This document shows positions 26,411-39,758 of a stretch of DNA of 64,000 nucleotides, in pieces. The DNA is from Octopus vulgaris (taxonomy: Eukaryota): assembly GCA_951406725.2 (NCBI GenBank), contig OX597831.1, positions 52,080,001-52,144,000 of the forward strand. Reading direction: 5' to 3'. Both the position numbers and the translations under genes were made by a program. The notes under the pieces are model-generated. The model ran no database searches, was not told where the DNA came from, and was given only the letters and a program-made list of their open reading frames with translations. Position 1 is the stretch's first letter. Every line of letters begins with the position of its first letter.

Positions 26411-27910
26411 CATGTATGTATGTATATATATGTATGTATATGTCAGTTTTTGTGTCTGTGTTTGTCCTCCCACCACCACTTGACAACTGGTGTAGGTGTA
26501 TTTACATCCCTGTAACCAGCAGTTCAGCAAAAAAGACCAGGATTAAAAAGAAAGTACTGGGGTTGATTCAGTCGGCTAAAAATTCTTCAAGGTAGTGTCC
26601 TAGCATGGCTGCAGTCTACTGATTGAAACAAGTAAAAGATAACATGAAAACATCATCATCATCATTGAACATTCATATTCTATGCTGTCAGCTTGACAGG
26701 ATCTGATGGGTTCTATGACTGAGTTTTCTATGGCTGGATGCTCTTCCTGTTACCAACCCTCACTTGTTTTCCTGCAAAGTAATATTTCTCCATGGCCAGA
26801 CATATTTTCACAGAATTTCAGAAATGAATAACACTGCTTAATAATGTCTCCTTTGGTTGTATGCCCTTCCTAATGCTAACCATTTTACAGTGTGTAGTGG
26901 TTGCTTTTTGTGGTATCAGCACTAGTGAGGTCACTAAACAGCTTGCAGGACTAAGATCCCTTTTGACTGAGTGGGGTTACAGTAAAAGAAGTAGTCTGCT
27001 TTATACTCATGAGAGAAGGGGCCAGAATAGAACACACACACACACATGTAGGAATAAAATATAGAAAGCATATATGATATTTTATGTTTTATAAAACATA
27101 TACATGTTTTGGTAAAGTTACTGCCAGGATTACATAATTGCTTGTTGAAACTTTATATAATCCCATTTAGTTACCTCTTCAGTGTTAAGCTAAAAATGCA
27201 AAGAATGGTGTTAAATGTCCAATATATATTTTTGTGCAAATCATCATCAGTGGCACCATGTTGTAGGAGATAAATAAACAGAAGTACAGGTGTTTGGGGC
27301 TACATCTTTTCATATGTAATGTGTGTGTGTGTGCGCGCGCACATATGTTTGTTTCTCCTTGTCTAGATGTCATGTGATGGTTGTAAATGAGTGTTATTCA
27401 TTTCTGATATTCTGTGAAAATATGTCTGGCCACGAGGAAATATTACTTTGCTGGGAAACAGGTGAGTGTTGGTGATAGGAAGGGCATCTGGCCAGAGAAA
27501 ATCTTCCTCAATAAACTCTGTCCAAACCAGGCAAACATGGAAAAGCAGACGTTAAAATGATGATAATGAGGATGATGATACGTGTACACACACACACACA
27601 CACATGTGCACTATTGAGAATGTCTTTAAAGTTTCTCAAAAATATCTAACCCTATACATATGTGAGTCCTTTATTCAATTAATGTTCACTGCTCTTATGT
27701 TTATAACCCCACCCGTCTTTAACTTTCATACATACATATATACAGACATACAAATGGATACATTGATACATTAAGTAAATACAGGGTGGGCCAAAGGTCA
27801 TGCACATAATAAGTTCAATATGCTCTGGAATTGTCAAAGACATGCTTCAGTTTTTCTAAAATTGAATGAAATGAATAAAATAATGGTGAATACATGGATG
27901 ATAAACAAAA

Positions 27911-27954
<44 letters not shown>

Positions 27955-28350
27955 TATTATTATTATTATTATTATTATCCTTTCTATGTAGGCACAAGGC
28001 CTGAAATTTGGGGGAAGGCAACTATTTGATTACATAAACCCCAGTGTTTCTGGAAGGATGAAAGGCAAATAATAATAATAATAATCTGGAAGGATGAAAG
28101 GCAAATAATAACCCTTATTCAGGGACCTTTTGAGCAGGATGGGTTACTCGACCAGAAGAAAATTCTAACTGGGCCCCACCTGCAAGGTCATGTACTGTTT
28201 ATCTTGATATGAAATCACCATGTCGCACACATATGGTTGTGATGCATGTACCTAGTGTACCCTTATCAGACGGGTAGTCATGATGGGTATACTGGGCTTC
28301 GTATACCTTACCCCAGTGTCACTTTGATGCCATGCACTGCTCTCTCACTC

Positions 28351-28382
<32 letters not shown>

Positions 28383-28384
28383 TG

Positions 28385-28740
28385 ATCCTGGGGATACTTG
28401 AGGCAGATGGAATCAAATACCACAACATGAAGGAAAAGAGAAGAAAAGAGTACCTGCAGTGAGTGAGTAAAATTTTGGCTTGCTAGAAACATAATTTCAG
28501 CAATAAACTTGTGTGCAGTTTCAGTAGTTTGGTATGGTGCTGGAATCCTGAAGTGGACAGAGGAGGAGCTAAAGGAGATGGACAGGAAATCAAGAGAGCT
28601 CCTGACGATGCATGGAGCCCATCATCCACATGAAGATACTGATCGCCTACACATGAAGAGAGCAAATGGAGGAAGGGGATTGATAAGTATGGAAGACTAG
28701 GTATCTCATTAAACATGAGAGTTTAATGAGATACCTAGCT
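28385..28740 (+). mobile_element. R4/Dong-like non-LTR RT fragment
   Basis: LGILEAD, YGAGILKWTEEELKEMDRK and GGRGLIS motifs; follows an (AAT)n tract. Confidence 0.72.
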
Positions 28741-29696
28741 CAAAGTATATACATATTGAGAGAGAAACACCACTGTATAGGTATGTGATATCTTTTCACT
28801 TGTGCTATACAATACAGTGTATACAATACAATAGTGAAGGTTAAGGTACCAGGCTCACAATCATGAGCTAGTGAGTTTGATTCCTGGACCGGGCTGTATG
28901 TTGTGTTCTTGAGCCAGATACTTTATTTCACATTGCTCCAGTTCACTCATCTGTCAAAATGAGTTGCAACATCATTGATGCCAAGTTGTATATCGGCCTC
29001 TACCTTTCCTTTGGATAACATCAGTGGCATGGATTGGGGAGGTTGGTATGCACGGGCAACTGCTGGTCTTCCACAAACAACTTTACTTGGACTTGTGCCT
29101 TGGAGGGTAATTTTCTAGGTGCAATCCCATGGTCATTCATAACTGAAGTAGGTGTTTACCTTTCACAATACTGTGATAGTGTTTAAGGCAGTTGTGTTAA
29201 AAAAAATGACAGCAACAATAATAAATTTTTCTAATTTTGGCAGTAGGTTAGTAATTTTGATGGGAAAAAGTTAGTCAATTACATTGACTGTAATACTTGA
29301 CTGGTACTTTAATTTATCAATCCTGAAAAGATGATGAGCAAAGTTGACATCAGTGGCATTTGGACTCAAAATATAAAGACCCAGAAGAAATGCCACTAAG
29401 CAGTTTTTCAGGTGTAGTAATGTTCCTGCCAGCTTGCTTCTTTAGTGACGATGATGATAATTTTTTTTCAAATTTCTGCTATAGGCACAAAGCTTGAAAT
29501 TTTGTCTAGTTGATTACATCCATCCTAGTGTTTAACTTCTACTTATTTTATTGACCCCGAAAGGATGAAAGGCAAAGTTGACCTTGACAAAATTTGAACT
29601 TAGAATGTAACGATGAACAAAATGCCGCTAAACATTTTTCCATGTGTGCTAATGATTCTGCCAGCTTACCACCTTAAATAAAAATAATAATAACAA

Positions 29697-29744
<48 letters not shown>

Positions 29745-29893
29745 TCCATTTAATTCCTTGAATCTTATATGGGCACAAAATCTGAGAGTTTAAGGCAAGT
29801 ATATAAGATGTGGATTTGTGATGTGTATGCCACAGCTGTCCAAGTTTTTGATCTCAACAAATACATATCTCTTTTAACATTCTTTAACTTCAG

Positions 29894-29958
29894 GAAATAT
29901 TTACTAACATCAAAAGAAGCTGACCAATTCCGTTTACAATTCATTGAAGAACATGACG
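29894..29958 (+). CDS. VWA8: VWA8 exon 7 (KYLLTSKEADQFRLQFIEEHD)
   Basis: cttcag acceptor and G|gtaagt donor; phase 2 to 1. Confidence 0.85.
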
Positions 29959-30009
29959 GTAAGTCTTGTACACTTGCTGAAATTTTGTTTTTGTTGTGTG
30001 TCCCGAACT

Positions 30010-31100
30010 GTAATTTTACCTTGGTGTTACAGGCAGTTAATTATCTATGTTACTGTGGCTAATTATCTATGTTACTACAGAATTGCTGTTACATTCTGGT
30101 ATTATATTGTAAATTTATTGGTGTGACAACCACACTATGGTGTTACAGTTATAGTCTGCTGTAACAACTACACTCTTGCATTATAGTAACACCATTTTGT
30201 TATAATGTGTTGCTACATTGCTGACACATCAGTGATACAGCTGCCCTCTTGTGTCACAGATATATACATAACCACCATTTCAGTTACACATTTTTTAGTT
30301 ATAGTTTTTAAAAAAAATTTTTTTTTTTTACTTCATCCACCAATCCGATCGTGGCCGTTGCCAGCCTCGCCTGGCACCTGTGCTGCCCAGATCCCCAGTC
30401 GAACCATCCAACCCATGCTAGCATGGAGAACGGACGTTAAATGATGAAAAAAAAAGTTTATTACACTATTCTGTTGTTACAAGTATATATTACTGTGTCA
30501 TTCTGGTATTACAGTTACATTCTGGTGACACAGCCACACCATGCTATGAGTTATACTCTGGTGTCACTGTTACATATTAATATCACAATGCATCCTGATA
30601 TTACAATTGCACCCTTATGTTACAATTGCATATTGAGGTTGTAGCTGCATATTGGTGTCACAGTTCCCATTCCACTGTTACAGTTGCACTCTGGTGTTAC
30701 AGCTGCATTTTGGTGTTATAGTTGCATTTTGCTATCATACTCTAGTGTTCCAGTTGAATATTAGTATCAGAGCTGCAATCTGATCTTATAATTGCCATCT
30801 GGTTTTACAACTACATTCTGATGTTATAAATGCACTCTGATGTTACAGTTGTACTTTTGTGTTACAACTGCACTCTGGTATTACATTAAACTCCAGTGTT
30901 ACAGTTGCATATGAATGTCACAGTTGCAGCCGGCTGTTATTATTGAATTCTGGTGTTACAAATGAACTCCAGAGTTACAGTTTTGCACTCTGGTGTTACT
31001 GTTGTTCACTCAGGTGATACAATTACATTCTGGTATTACAGTTACACTCTGATGTTATAGTTACACTCTGATGTTATTGTTACACTCTAGTGCATTACCT
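30010..31100. repeat. Degenerate ~20 bp minisatellite (GTTACAGTTGCACTCTGGT-like)
   Basis: Dozens of diverged units filling the intron between exons 7 and 8. Confidence 0.8.
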
Positions 31101-31268
31101 CTCATTTTTCCACAATCTCAAGTTTTCACTCCATCTCTACCTTTCTCCCCCACCCCCATCACCTTGTTTCCATCTTGCTATGTTACACTCAGATGCAATC
31201 TCAACATTCCACACTCATATTACCAATCAGATTCAAAAATTTTTATAAAGTTTCTATTTGTTGTCCAG

Positions 31269-31429
31269 GTGAGATTGACAATGAAATAACAGCTGCCACA
31301 TCACGGCCATGTGACAAAATCACTGTGAAGAAGATACTAGGAGATGACACTTCTGCAGGTCCTAACCGTCTCCTCACTACACCCGATACCTATGCAGTTC
31401 TTACCCTCGGCTTCCCACCAAATAGTGAG
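31269..31429 (+). CDS. VWA8: VWA8 exon 8 (..GPNRLLTTPDTYAVLTLGFPPNSE)
   Basis: gtccag acceptor and GAG|gtttgt donor; phase 1 to 0; PNR..YA....GFP motif. Confidence 0.85.
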
Positions 31430-32423
31430 GTTTGTTGAATATGACTTATTGACTTCACTTTATATAATTCACATTAGTTTCTCAAAACTGTGTTTAAGTG
31501 GAGTTTATATCTTTTAACAGAACTAACATGTTACAAGTTTCAGTTTTCTCAGGGAACCTATTTTCTTTCCCCTATTCTCTCTTTATCCACCTTCTTGTAC
31601 CTTGAGGATATGCCCTGATATCTCATCTCCACCATACTTTCTTCCTTTTTTGCTGGACTAGTCATGTAGCTATGTATCTCCTCTACAGCAAAACACCTGT
31701 TCCTATCCTTTTCTATTCTAGCCTCTCTACACCTCGCACATAACCATCTCTCTCAATACTGCAACCTCACTCCGTTAGAGAGTCCTGTCTTGTCAGTTAC
31801 TTGGTGACCTCACTAGTGCTGGTGCCATAAAAAAAAAAGCACCCAGTACATTCTGTAAAGTGGTGGGTGTTAGGAAGGACATCAAGCTGAAGAAACCTTG
31901 CCAAGACAGACTTGGAGACCAGTGCAGCCCTCATCCTAGTTGGACCCTGTTGAATCATCCAACCCATGCCAGCATCGAATACAGACATCAAAAATAATAA
32001 TAACAATGATGAGATATGTGTGTGTATTAATATATGCATGTATAGTGTCTCTAGTTATTGTCATATAATGCGTCTATGTTAGTATCCTGGGAATTTGATA
32101 TAGTGATCTCCAGTGAACCATTATTATCTTCATCATCATCACCATCATTTAATGTCTGTTTTCCATGCTGAAATGGTTTGATAGGAGCCAGCCAGGCTCC
32201 ATGTGTATTTTGGCATAGTTTCTATGACTGGATGCCCTGCCTAACACCAATCACTTTACAAAGTGTACAGGGTGCTTTTATGTAGCATCAGCACAAATGC
32301 GATTATGTGGCACTGGTACGGGTACTTTTTACAAGGCACCAGCATCTACAAGCCCACACGATTAGGAGTGCTCTGCTGGAGAAGCATCAGAGTAAAATCC
32401 ATTTATTCATTTTACTATTGTAG

Positions 32424-32616
32424 ACTACAACAAATGAGGTTTACCAGATTCCTCGAGGGGAGCAGACTTATGTTAGTAATGATGACTTTCTCAGTTTACA
32501 CAAACTCCGTCAACATGTGCCTCCACACTCAAGTGTACCTGTGTTACTACCAGAATCTGGTCAAGTTGTCCGTGCTATTGAGCCTGAGTATGTGCCTAAG
32601 TCAGCTGAAGTCACAA
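32424..32616 (+). CDS. VWA8: VWA8 exon 9 (TTTNEVYQIPR..GQVVRAIEPEYVPKSAEVT)
   Basis: ttgtag acceptor and gtaagt donor; phase 0 to 1; EVY and QVVR motifs. Confidence 0.85.
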
Positions 32617-33102
32617 GTAAGTGGATTATTTTTTTAAATCTTGGATCTCATATATGTGTGTGTGTGTGTATGTGTGTGCATGCATGTATGAGACCTTGTA
32701 TGTCCTTATCTTTTGAAGTTTGCACACCATATCACTATATGTCATAAGAGGCATCAGGAAAGGCATTTGGCTATAAATCATTGCTCCAAAAAGTCTCACC
32801 CAACTCATGACAGCATGGAAATATTGAACACAGTATAGCTGTGAAAATAGCAGAGAAAAATTGGCTATTTACCTTTAGAAGACTGAAAAATTTGCTGCTA
32901 GCAAGCAGCAACACCTTTTTTCCCTATCTTCTAAGGGTAAATTCCCTATCTTTCTCTACTATTTTCCAACACATTTGGGTGCTTCCGAAATTTGTTTATA
33001 GTATGTATGCATGTGTGTGTGAGTGTACACACATGCATGCACACACACATGCACGCACGTGTGCGCACACAAACATGCACGCACGTGTGCGCACACAAAC
33101 AT

Positions 33103-33147
<45 letters not shown>

Positions 33148-34457
33148 GAGGTCTTTTATATGTCACCTCTGCAGAATTTCCCTTAACAATTTCCTCAAGC
33201 TCTTTTGGCATATCAACTGTCTGCGCAAGATCTCATTGTGTGTGTGTGTGTGTGTGTTAGATTTAAAATCTGTCTGAAATTTTTCAAAGTTCCAATCTTA
33301 TAGCCTATAGGCTTTCTGAGGCATTTAAGTAGTTAACAGTGCATGCAAGACTCCTCCCCAAATTTGTCAATAATCCACCATGTCAGGCTTATCCTACTCT
33401 CAGCTGCCACTGGTACTCAAGAAATGAGTGTACTGCTTAAGAATACAATCTGTTGCTCAGCTCACGGACCTTGCAATTGTTAGCTTAACCTCTAAGCAAT
33501 ATACATTCGTTTATACATATATACTAACTAACTAACTAGCACTCCATCAGTTATGATGACGAGTGTTTCAGCTGATCCGATCAACAGAACAGCCTGCTCA
33601 TGAAATTAACGTGCAAGTAGTTGAGCACTGCACAGACAGGCATACCATTAATGTAGTTCTCAGGGAGATTCAACATGACACAGAATGTAACAAGGCTGGC
33701 CCTTTGAATTACAGCTACAACTCATTTTTGCCAGCTGGGTGATCTGAAGTAACATGGAATAAAGAGTCTTGTTCAGGGACACACCATGCTGACAGGAACC
33801 CTAACCCTAACCTTACAATCATGAGCCAAATGCCGTAACCATTAAGCCATCTGCCTTTACTTACATACATATGTACATACATGTGTGTGTGTATGTGTGT
33901 ACTTGGTGTCCCCTAGAAGACAGTATTTTGAATTTGAAGTTAAGGAAGAAGGTGCCAAGAAATATGTATATATAATGTTTTTGCTTGCTTATTATGAAGT
34001 TGTTACAATTTCTAGTCTTTGGTAATTAGCTATGGTACTATTTCATTCATACACACTCATACATACAGAATCGTTTGTACAGTGGGTGAAATACTTAGCA
34101 GTATTTCGTCCATCCATATATTCTGGGTTCAAATTCTGTTGAGGTCAACTTCGCCTTTCAGCCTTTTGGCATCGATAAAATAAATACTAGTTGAGCACTG
34201 GGGCCAATGTAATCGATTTAACTACTCCTGGGGGTATGAGTATATATATATATATAAAAGAAAAATCTACACCCCTCTGCCAACCTATGTCAAGCCAGTG
34301 TGACAGAGTAGGCTTATCAAACCAGTGTGATCTTAAACTCAAAATCACGGCCTCCACATCAAACTGAGATTGGTGAAGAGAACATACTGAGGCCCTTCTT
34401 CTGCAGTGGACTGAACATAGGCAATCCAATCCTATCTACTGTATGTATATATATATG

Positions 34458-34491
<34 letters not shown>

Positions 34492-34946
34492 AATGCCTGT
34501 ACGTATATATTTTTCGTTTTTGGATTTGGTTTGCAAAATTCTTTATATGAGTTCGTGTGTTGAAGCATATTCTGTTGTGTCTGGGGAGAGTCATTTTCTT
34601 TTTGTGCCTTTATAATTTAACACACTCACCGGTAAATTTTATACTTATTTCTTATTTTTATTTTCCTAAAATTTTCATTTCGTCTTGCAACCTTTTCAAT
34701 AGTCTTGACTATGTATTAAATTATAAGACACGAAAAGAAAATGACTCTCCCCAGACACAACAGAATATGTATTTATTCTTTTATCCTTTTACTTGTTTCA
34801 GTCATTTGACTGCAGCCATGCTGGAGCATTGCCTTTAGTCGAACAAATTGACCCCAGGACTTATTCTTTGTAAGCCCAGTACTTATTCTATCGATCTCTT
34901 TTGCTGAACTGCTTTATTTATTTATTGTAAATTGTGTTACTTGCAG

Positions 34947-35028
34947 GAAATGATTTACTAGATGCTGCAGGTTTTCTTGAAATTGCTGATTTAGTGAACA
35001 AGAAATTAAGATATTTGAATGTCCCAAG
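34947..35028 (+). CDS. VWA8: VWA8 exon 10 (NDLLDAAGFLEIADLVNKKLRYLNVP)
   Basis: ttgcag acceptor and AG|gtttgt donor; phase 1 to 2; G.LE..DL..KKLRY motif. Confidence 0.88.
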
Positions 35029-35547
35029 GTTTGTATACACTGTTTTATATTGTTATATTGTTGTTGATATAAAGGGTTGAGCATTATACTTACAGATTAT
35101 ACATGCAGATGCATACATACACACACACACACACATGCACACATAAACATGTGACGGAACTCCCACAACTTCCGCATGAATGTTCCAGTTGCTGGACAAA
35201 TAGAAGGATTAAGCTTTAGAAGTGAGACTTATCTCTTGTCTCAATCAAAGACACTTGCAACTCATTGTATTGTAGTTTATTAGTGGCTGAGTATTCCACA
35301 GACGTTTTGTACCATTAGCATAATATTGAGGTAGAATCAGTGTGACACTGTTTGGGACAAGTCTGAACCCTGTTAATCACTGGTACAGTCTAGTCAGTAC
35401 ATTACACTCCAATGTTGTGTATGTATCAATGAGTGTGTATATCACTGCATATACACACTGCTGAGTGAAGTTGTGTGGCTTAGTGGTTAGGGTATTCAAC
35501 AAATGATTGTAAGGTCATGGGTTTGATTCCTGATAGTGTTTTGTTTC

Positions 35548-36090
35548 TGTAGTGATATTATAACGCGCGCTCGCGCACCGACCATTTGTATTTCGCGCGT
35601 GTTGGTGCCTTCACCAAGGCACAGAAAGGAAGGGCCCTCTTCGCGCATGCGCGAACCACCGGTAGCACGACCCTATTGCCTACGTAGCAGTTAGCGAGGC
35701 AAGGGGGTCGTAGAACGTTTGACCGCTAGCAGCAGCAGCCAATGACTTGGGACCCAGCGATTGACGGCGACGGTCACGCATATATTCTCTCCGTCAGGAT
35801 TAGATTCTAGCAGTCCTTTGGCCGAAGACTTTTAACCAAAATTGTTGCAGACCAACATTGTCTCCATTGTTCGACGCCATCTTGGACCCTTTCTGTTTTC
35901 ATCGGCTGGACATTGTAAATATTACAATCTATGAACTTTCAGCCTTGCGCGCCCAGAATCAAGGACATCAGATAACACACTTATTGTTATTGTTTACCAA
36001 GAAAGAGAATAAAGTAGTTATATATATTTTACGTCTGCGTCCTGTTTGTTTCTGACTAGTAGAGATTCTGGATTATTAAAGCAACGGCTA
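35548..36090 (+). mobile_element. CpG-rich LTR-like insertion
   Basis: Starts TGTAGTG; high CpG content; AATAAA near 36009; no terminal CA found; flanked by a 70-bp duplication. Confidence 0.45.
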
Positions 36091-37033
36091 GTGAGTGATT
36101 GCTTGGTGGTTAGGGTATTCAACAAATGATTGTAAGGTCATGGGTTTGATTCCTGGTAGTGTGCTGTTTCCTTGAGCAAAACACTTTATTTCACTTTGCT
36201 CAAGTTCACTCAGCTAGGCAAAAATGAGTTGTCCTTGTAATTCAAAGGGCCAACCTCATCACATTCTGTATCATGCTGACTCTCCTTGACAACTACATTC
36301 AGCTCTGTGTATCTGTGAAGTGCTCAGCCATTTGCATGTTAATTTCACAAGCAGGTTGTTCCAATGATTGGACCTGTTGGGACCCTAGTCGTCGTAAACA
36401 ACGAAGTGCCAGTATCCACTCTGCTGAGTATATGTGACATGTATATATTAAGTATGATATATAGGTAGCTATTTTAATTTAGTATTGCCTTCATTGCATA
36501 TTGAATTAGATTTGATTGCTGCTGTTCAGTCCACTGCAATGCAAAGGCCTCAGTTTTTTTTTCTCCTCATCAAACATGGTCTGATGTTGGGGCTGTTAAT
36601 TTCAGCTTGAGATCGTACTCACTTGATGAGCCTATTCTGCCACACTGGCTTGACATGGTTTGGCAGAGGGGTTCAGTTTTTATAGTCTTTCTGAGGAGTA
36701 GTTAAATTAATTACATCAACTCCAGTGCTTAACTGGTTCTTGTTTTATTGACATCCAAAAGGATGAGAGGCAAAGTTGACCTCACTGGAATTTGAACACA
36801 GAATATTAAGATGGATGAAATATCATAGTTTTATCTTGTTATATTGTTGCTGATATAAAGGAGTGAGCATTATACTTACAGATTAGACAGACAGCATAAT
36901 CACCATTAAAATAATTATTATCATTACCATTATTAATTTAATGTAATGCTAATAATTATTTTAATGGTGATTATGATGATGATAATGAAAGATAACAGTG
37001 ACAAACAGACATCTGATTTCTGTTCCCTTTCAG

Positions 37034-37238
37034 CTCAGGACGTTCTCCACCATATAGTTTCTGGCTGATGCAGCCCGCTGACACAAGTCTGAAGTTAGCC
37101 TCACTCAGTGGTGAAGGACTTGTAACAGTTGACTCCAGTGGTTATGTACAACTGTGGGAAACATCATTGGTCCATTTACAGCGCTCCCTCCAGGAATGGC
37201 GTAATATGATTGGTTATGAAGATACACGCCCACTCCAA
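37034..37238 (+). CDS. VWA8: VWA8 exon 11 (..LVTVDSSGYVQLWETSLVHLQRSLQEWRNMIG..)
   Basis: tttcag acceptor and gtgagt donor; phase 2 to 0; LWET..LQRSL.EWRNMIG is characteristic of VWA8. Confidence 0.93.
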
Positions 37239-37903
37239 GTGAGTTTTACTTGCTGTTTGTTATATTACTTTGTATGTATGTGTTTTTTTAAAATATCATC
37301 ATCATCATCATTTAGCATCCGCTTTCCATGCTAGCATGGGTTGGACAGTTCAACTGGGGTCTGGGAAGCCAGAAGGCTGCACCAGGCCCAGTCTGATCTG
37401 GCAATGTTTCTACAGCCTGATGCCCTTCCTAATGCCAACCACTCTGTGAGTGTAGTGGGTGCTTTTTACGTGCCAGACGGGGCTGGCAAACGGCCACGAT
37501 AGGATGGTGCTGTTTACATGCCACCGGCACAGTTTTTTAAAAATATACTTTGTTTTTTTAAAAATATACTTTGTTTTATTTGGAAACTTTTCATTTGTTT
37601 CGTATTTTTCTTTATTCATTTGTGTGTGGACATCATGCCTCTGTGTGTGTATGTGTGTGATTAAGAAAAACCAAATAGTTTTTTATTTTGTCTAGTCTTA
37701 CTGCATGGTACCTTGGGCAAGTGCTGTCTATTAAAGCCTGAAATTGACTAAAACTTTGTGCAGTGATTTTGTGGATAGAAACTGACAGAAACCCACAATG
37801 TGTGTATGTACATGTATGTGTGTAAGTTGTGTGTGTGTGTGTGTACATGTGTTTGGTGTTGACTGCTGGAAGAAGGAGTATTCATTATCATTGGAGAGAT
37901 AAA

Positions 37904-38070
37904 TAATGCTTTTATTTTGGTTGAGTCACTCTCTTGCTACTCTGGGCTTTGCCTGTAGGTACGCTGGGTCTTCAAGCAAGTTATTACTCATAGCTTGTCT
38001 GAAGATCCTGTGTACCTACAAGTAACATTCACAGTAGCAAGAGATCAACTCAACCAAAATAAAAATATTA
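37904..38070. repeat. Palindrome of two head-to-head degenerate hammerhead units
   Basis: About 75-bp arms; each reads CUUGY-YUGAAGA-stem II-(decayed GAAA)-..AG-UA-GCAAG. Confidence 0.65.
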
Positions 38071-38229
38071 TGTAACATACAAATCTACATGTATGATATG
38101 TATGTGCATGTGCAGGTATGTGTGACCGTGTGTTTGTTTACATTTGTGCTCTACAAAAGTCATGGGCTCTGATCAGTGTTGTTGTGACTTCACCTGTCAA
38201 CAAATTATTATTCATTTTATACATTCAAA

Positions 38230-38773
38230 GGTGGAATTCTGGTTTAAGGACCCGACATAACCCCTCATAACTTTTTAATTTTTTGGATTTTTCAGAAATC
38301 TTTTGTGAATTTGTGCTCTGCATACGGGACTTCATATGATTATTAAAAAAGTGTTTTTCTTTCAATTTTATAACACCACCTCCCCTAAACTGTAAAAGTT
38401 CGACTCTTTTTTTGAATTTTTCTTTTTAAATCAGAGTTTAAAACAAACATGGACAGCTCGAATTTTTAGCTTAAATCCCAGCATTGGACCACTGTTGGGT
38501 GCATCATCATTCCATTGAATGTGTTTATGAGGACAAAAATATTGAAGAATATCAATGCATGTCAGAGTGACAAAGAAATGAAGAAGGTTTCAGGTGGTTG
38601 TGAGATGTGCTAAAATGACAGCTAAATTGCCTTTAAATCACACACACAAAAATTATTTTTTTGTATAATCATATGAATTCCCATGTGTAGAACTCAAATT
38701 CACAAAAATTCTGAAAATCCCACAAAATAGAAATGTTAGGGATTACATGGTGTGCTTAAATCAGAATTCTGCC
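38230..38773. mobile_element. MITE-like element with ~120-bp imperfect terminal inverted repeats
   Basis: GGTGGAATTCTGGTTTAAG...CATATGATTA pairs with TAATCATATG...CTTAAATCAGAATTCTGCC. Confidence 0.65.
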
Positions 38774-39649
38774 TACTCAGAGATGTGTGAAGTAAGAGTT
38801 CTCTCATGTGAAAAAAGTAGGCATTAGAAACAGGAAGGGCATCGAAGTATCAGCACAGAAGAAGTTGCCATGTTCTAAAAAACTTAAGACCCTGTATTGT
38901 CTTTGTTTGTTGCATTACTCCTTAAAAGAATACTGGATGATAATGGATTGAATATCGTTGATTGCACATCTGCTTCTTCAAAGCTGAAACAGGTGGAACT
39001 AAACAGTAGCTACAATAGGTAGATATGTCTTCAAATATGCTATTAGTTCATTTCCTGTGGGATATCATCTTCATCATCATCATTTATCATCCACTTTATC
39101 ATGCTTATACAGGTCACACAAAATTTGTTGAGGTAAATTTTCTATGGCCAGATACCCTTCCTGTTGCCAACCCTCTCCTGTCTCCAAGTTAATATTTTCC
39201 CATAGCTAGACATGTTTTTCATGGAAGATTGACAACAAACAACCTCGTTTGTATGATGATGAAACCCATTTACAACCCTCTTGTGGTATCTAGACAAGTG
39301 TACACAACACACACACACAACACACATACATTGTAGAAACATTTGCCCAAGGCTATGTTGTGGAACTGAACCAAAGAATACATGGCTGAGAATCAAGCTT
39401 CTCAACTAGAGTGATGTCTGCACTTACCTTACAGAATTTTTGTTGTTATTTTTAAATGCATGATCTGAAAGAAAAAAAAAATCTATTTCATAGTGAAACA
39501 TGTAAATTTTTTTATAAAGCATAACAACTCTCTTTTCCATTATAAGCATAGATAAAGAGAAAGTTCCCTCAGAATTGTTAATCATTCAAGCAACCAAACT
39601 CTCCAAAACTAGAAACTAACCAATCTCATGAATATATTTTGTTTTCCAG

Positions 39650-39758
39650 ATTAACTATGAGCGTGACAGTGGCAAGTCAGCTGAATTCCCTAAACATGGG
39701 AAAATAGATCCTGAGAATGCCCCACATGTTGGGGGAAATACCTGGGCTGGAGGAACTG
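39650..39758 (+). CDS. VWA8: VWA8 exon 12 (INYERDSGKSAEFPKHGKIDPENAPHVGGNTWAGGT)
   Basis: ttccag acceptor and G|gtaaat donor; phase 0 to 1; VWA8 signature PKHGK.DP.N.PHVGGNTWAGGTG. Confidence 0.96.

Noticed and set aside
33797-33812. CCCTAACCCTAACC telomere-like repeat
   Set aside because: Only about two units, inside a SINE; not an interstitial telomeric array.
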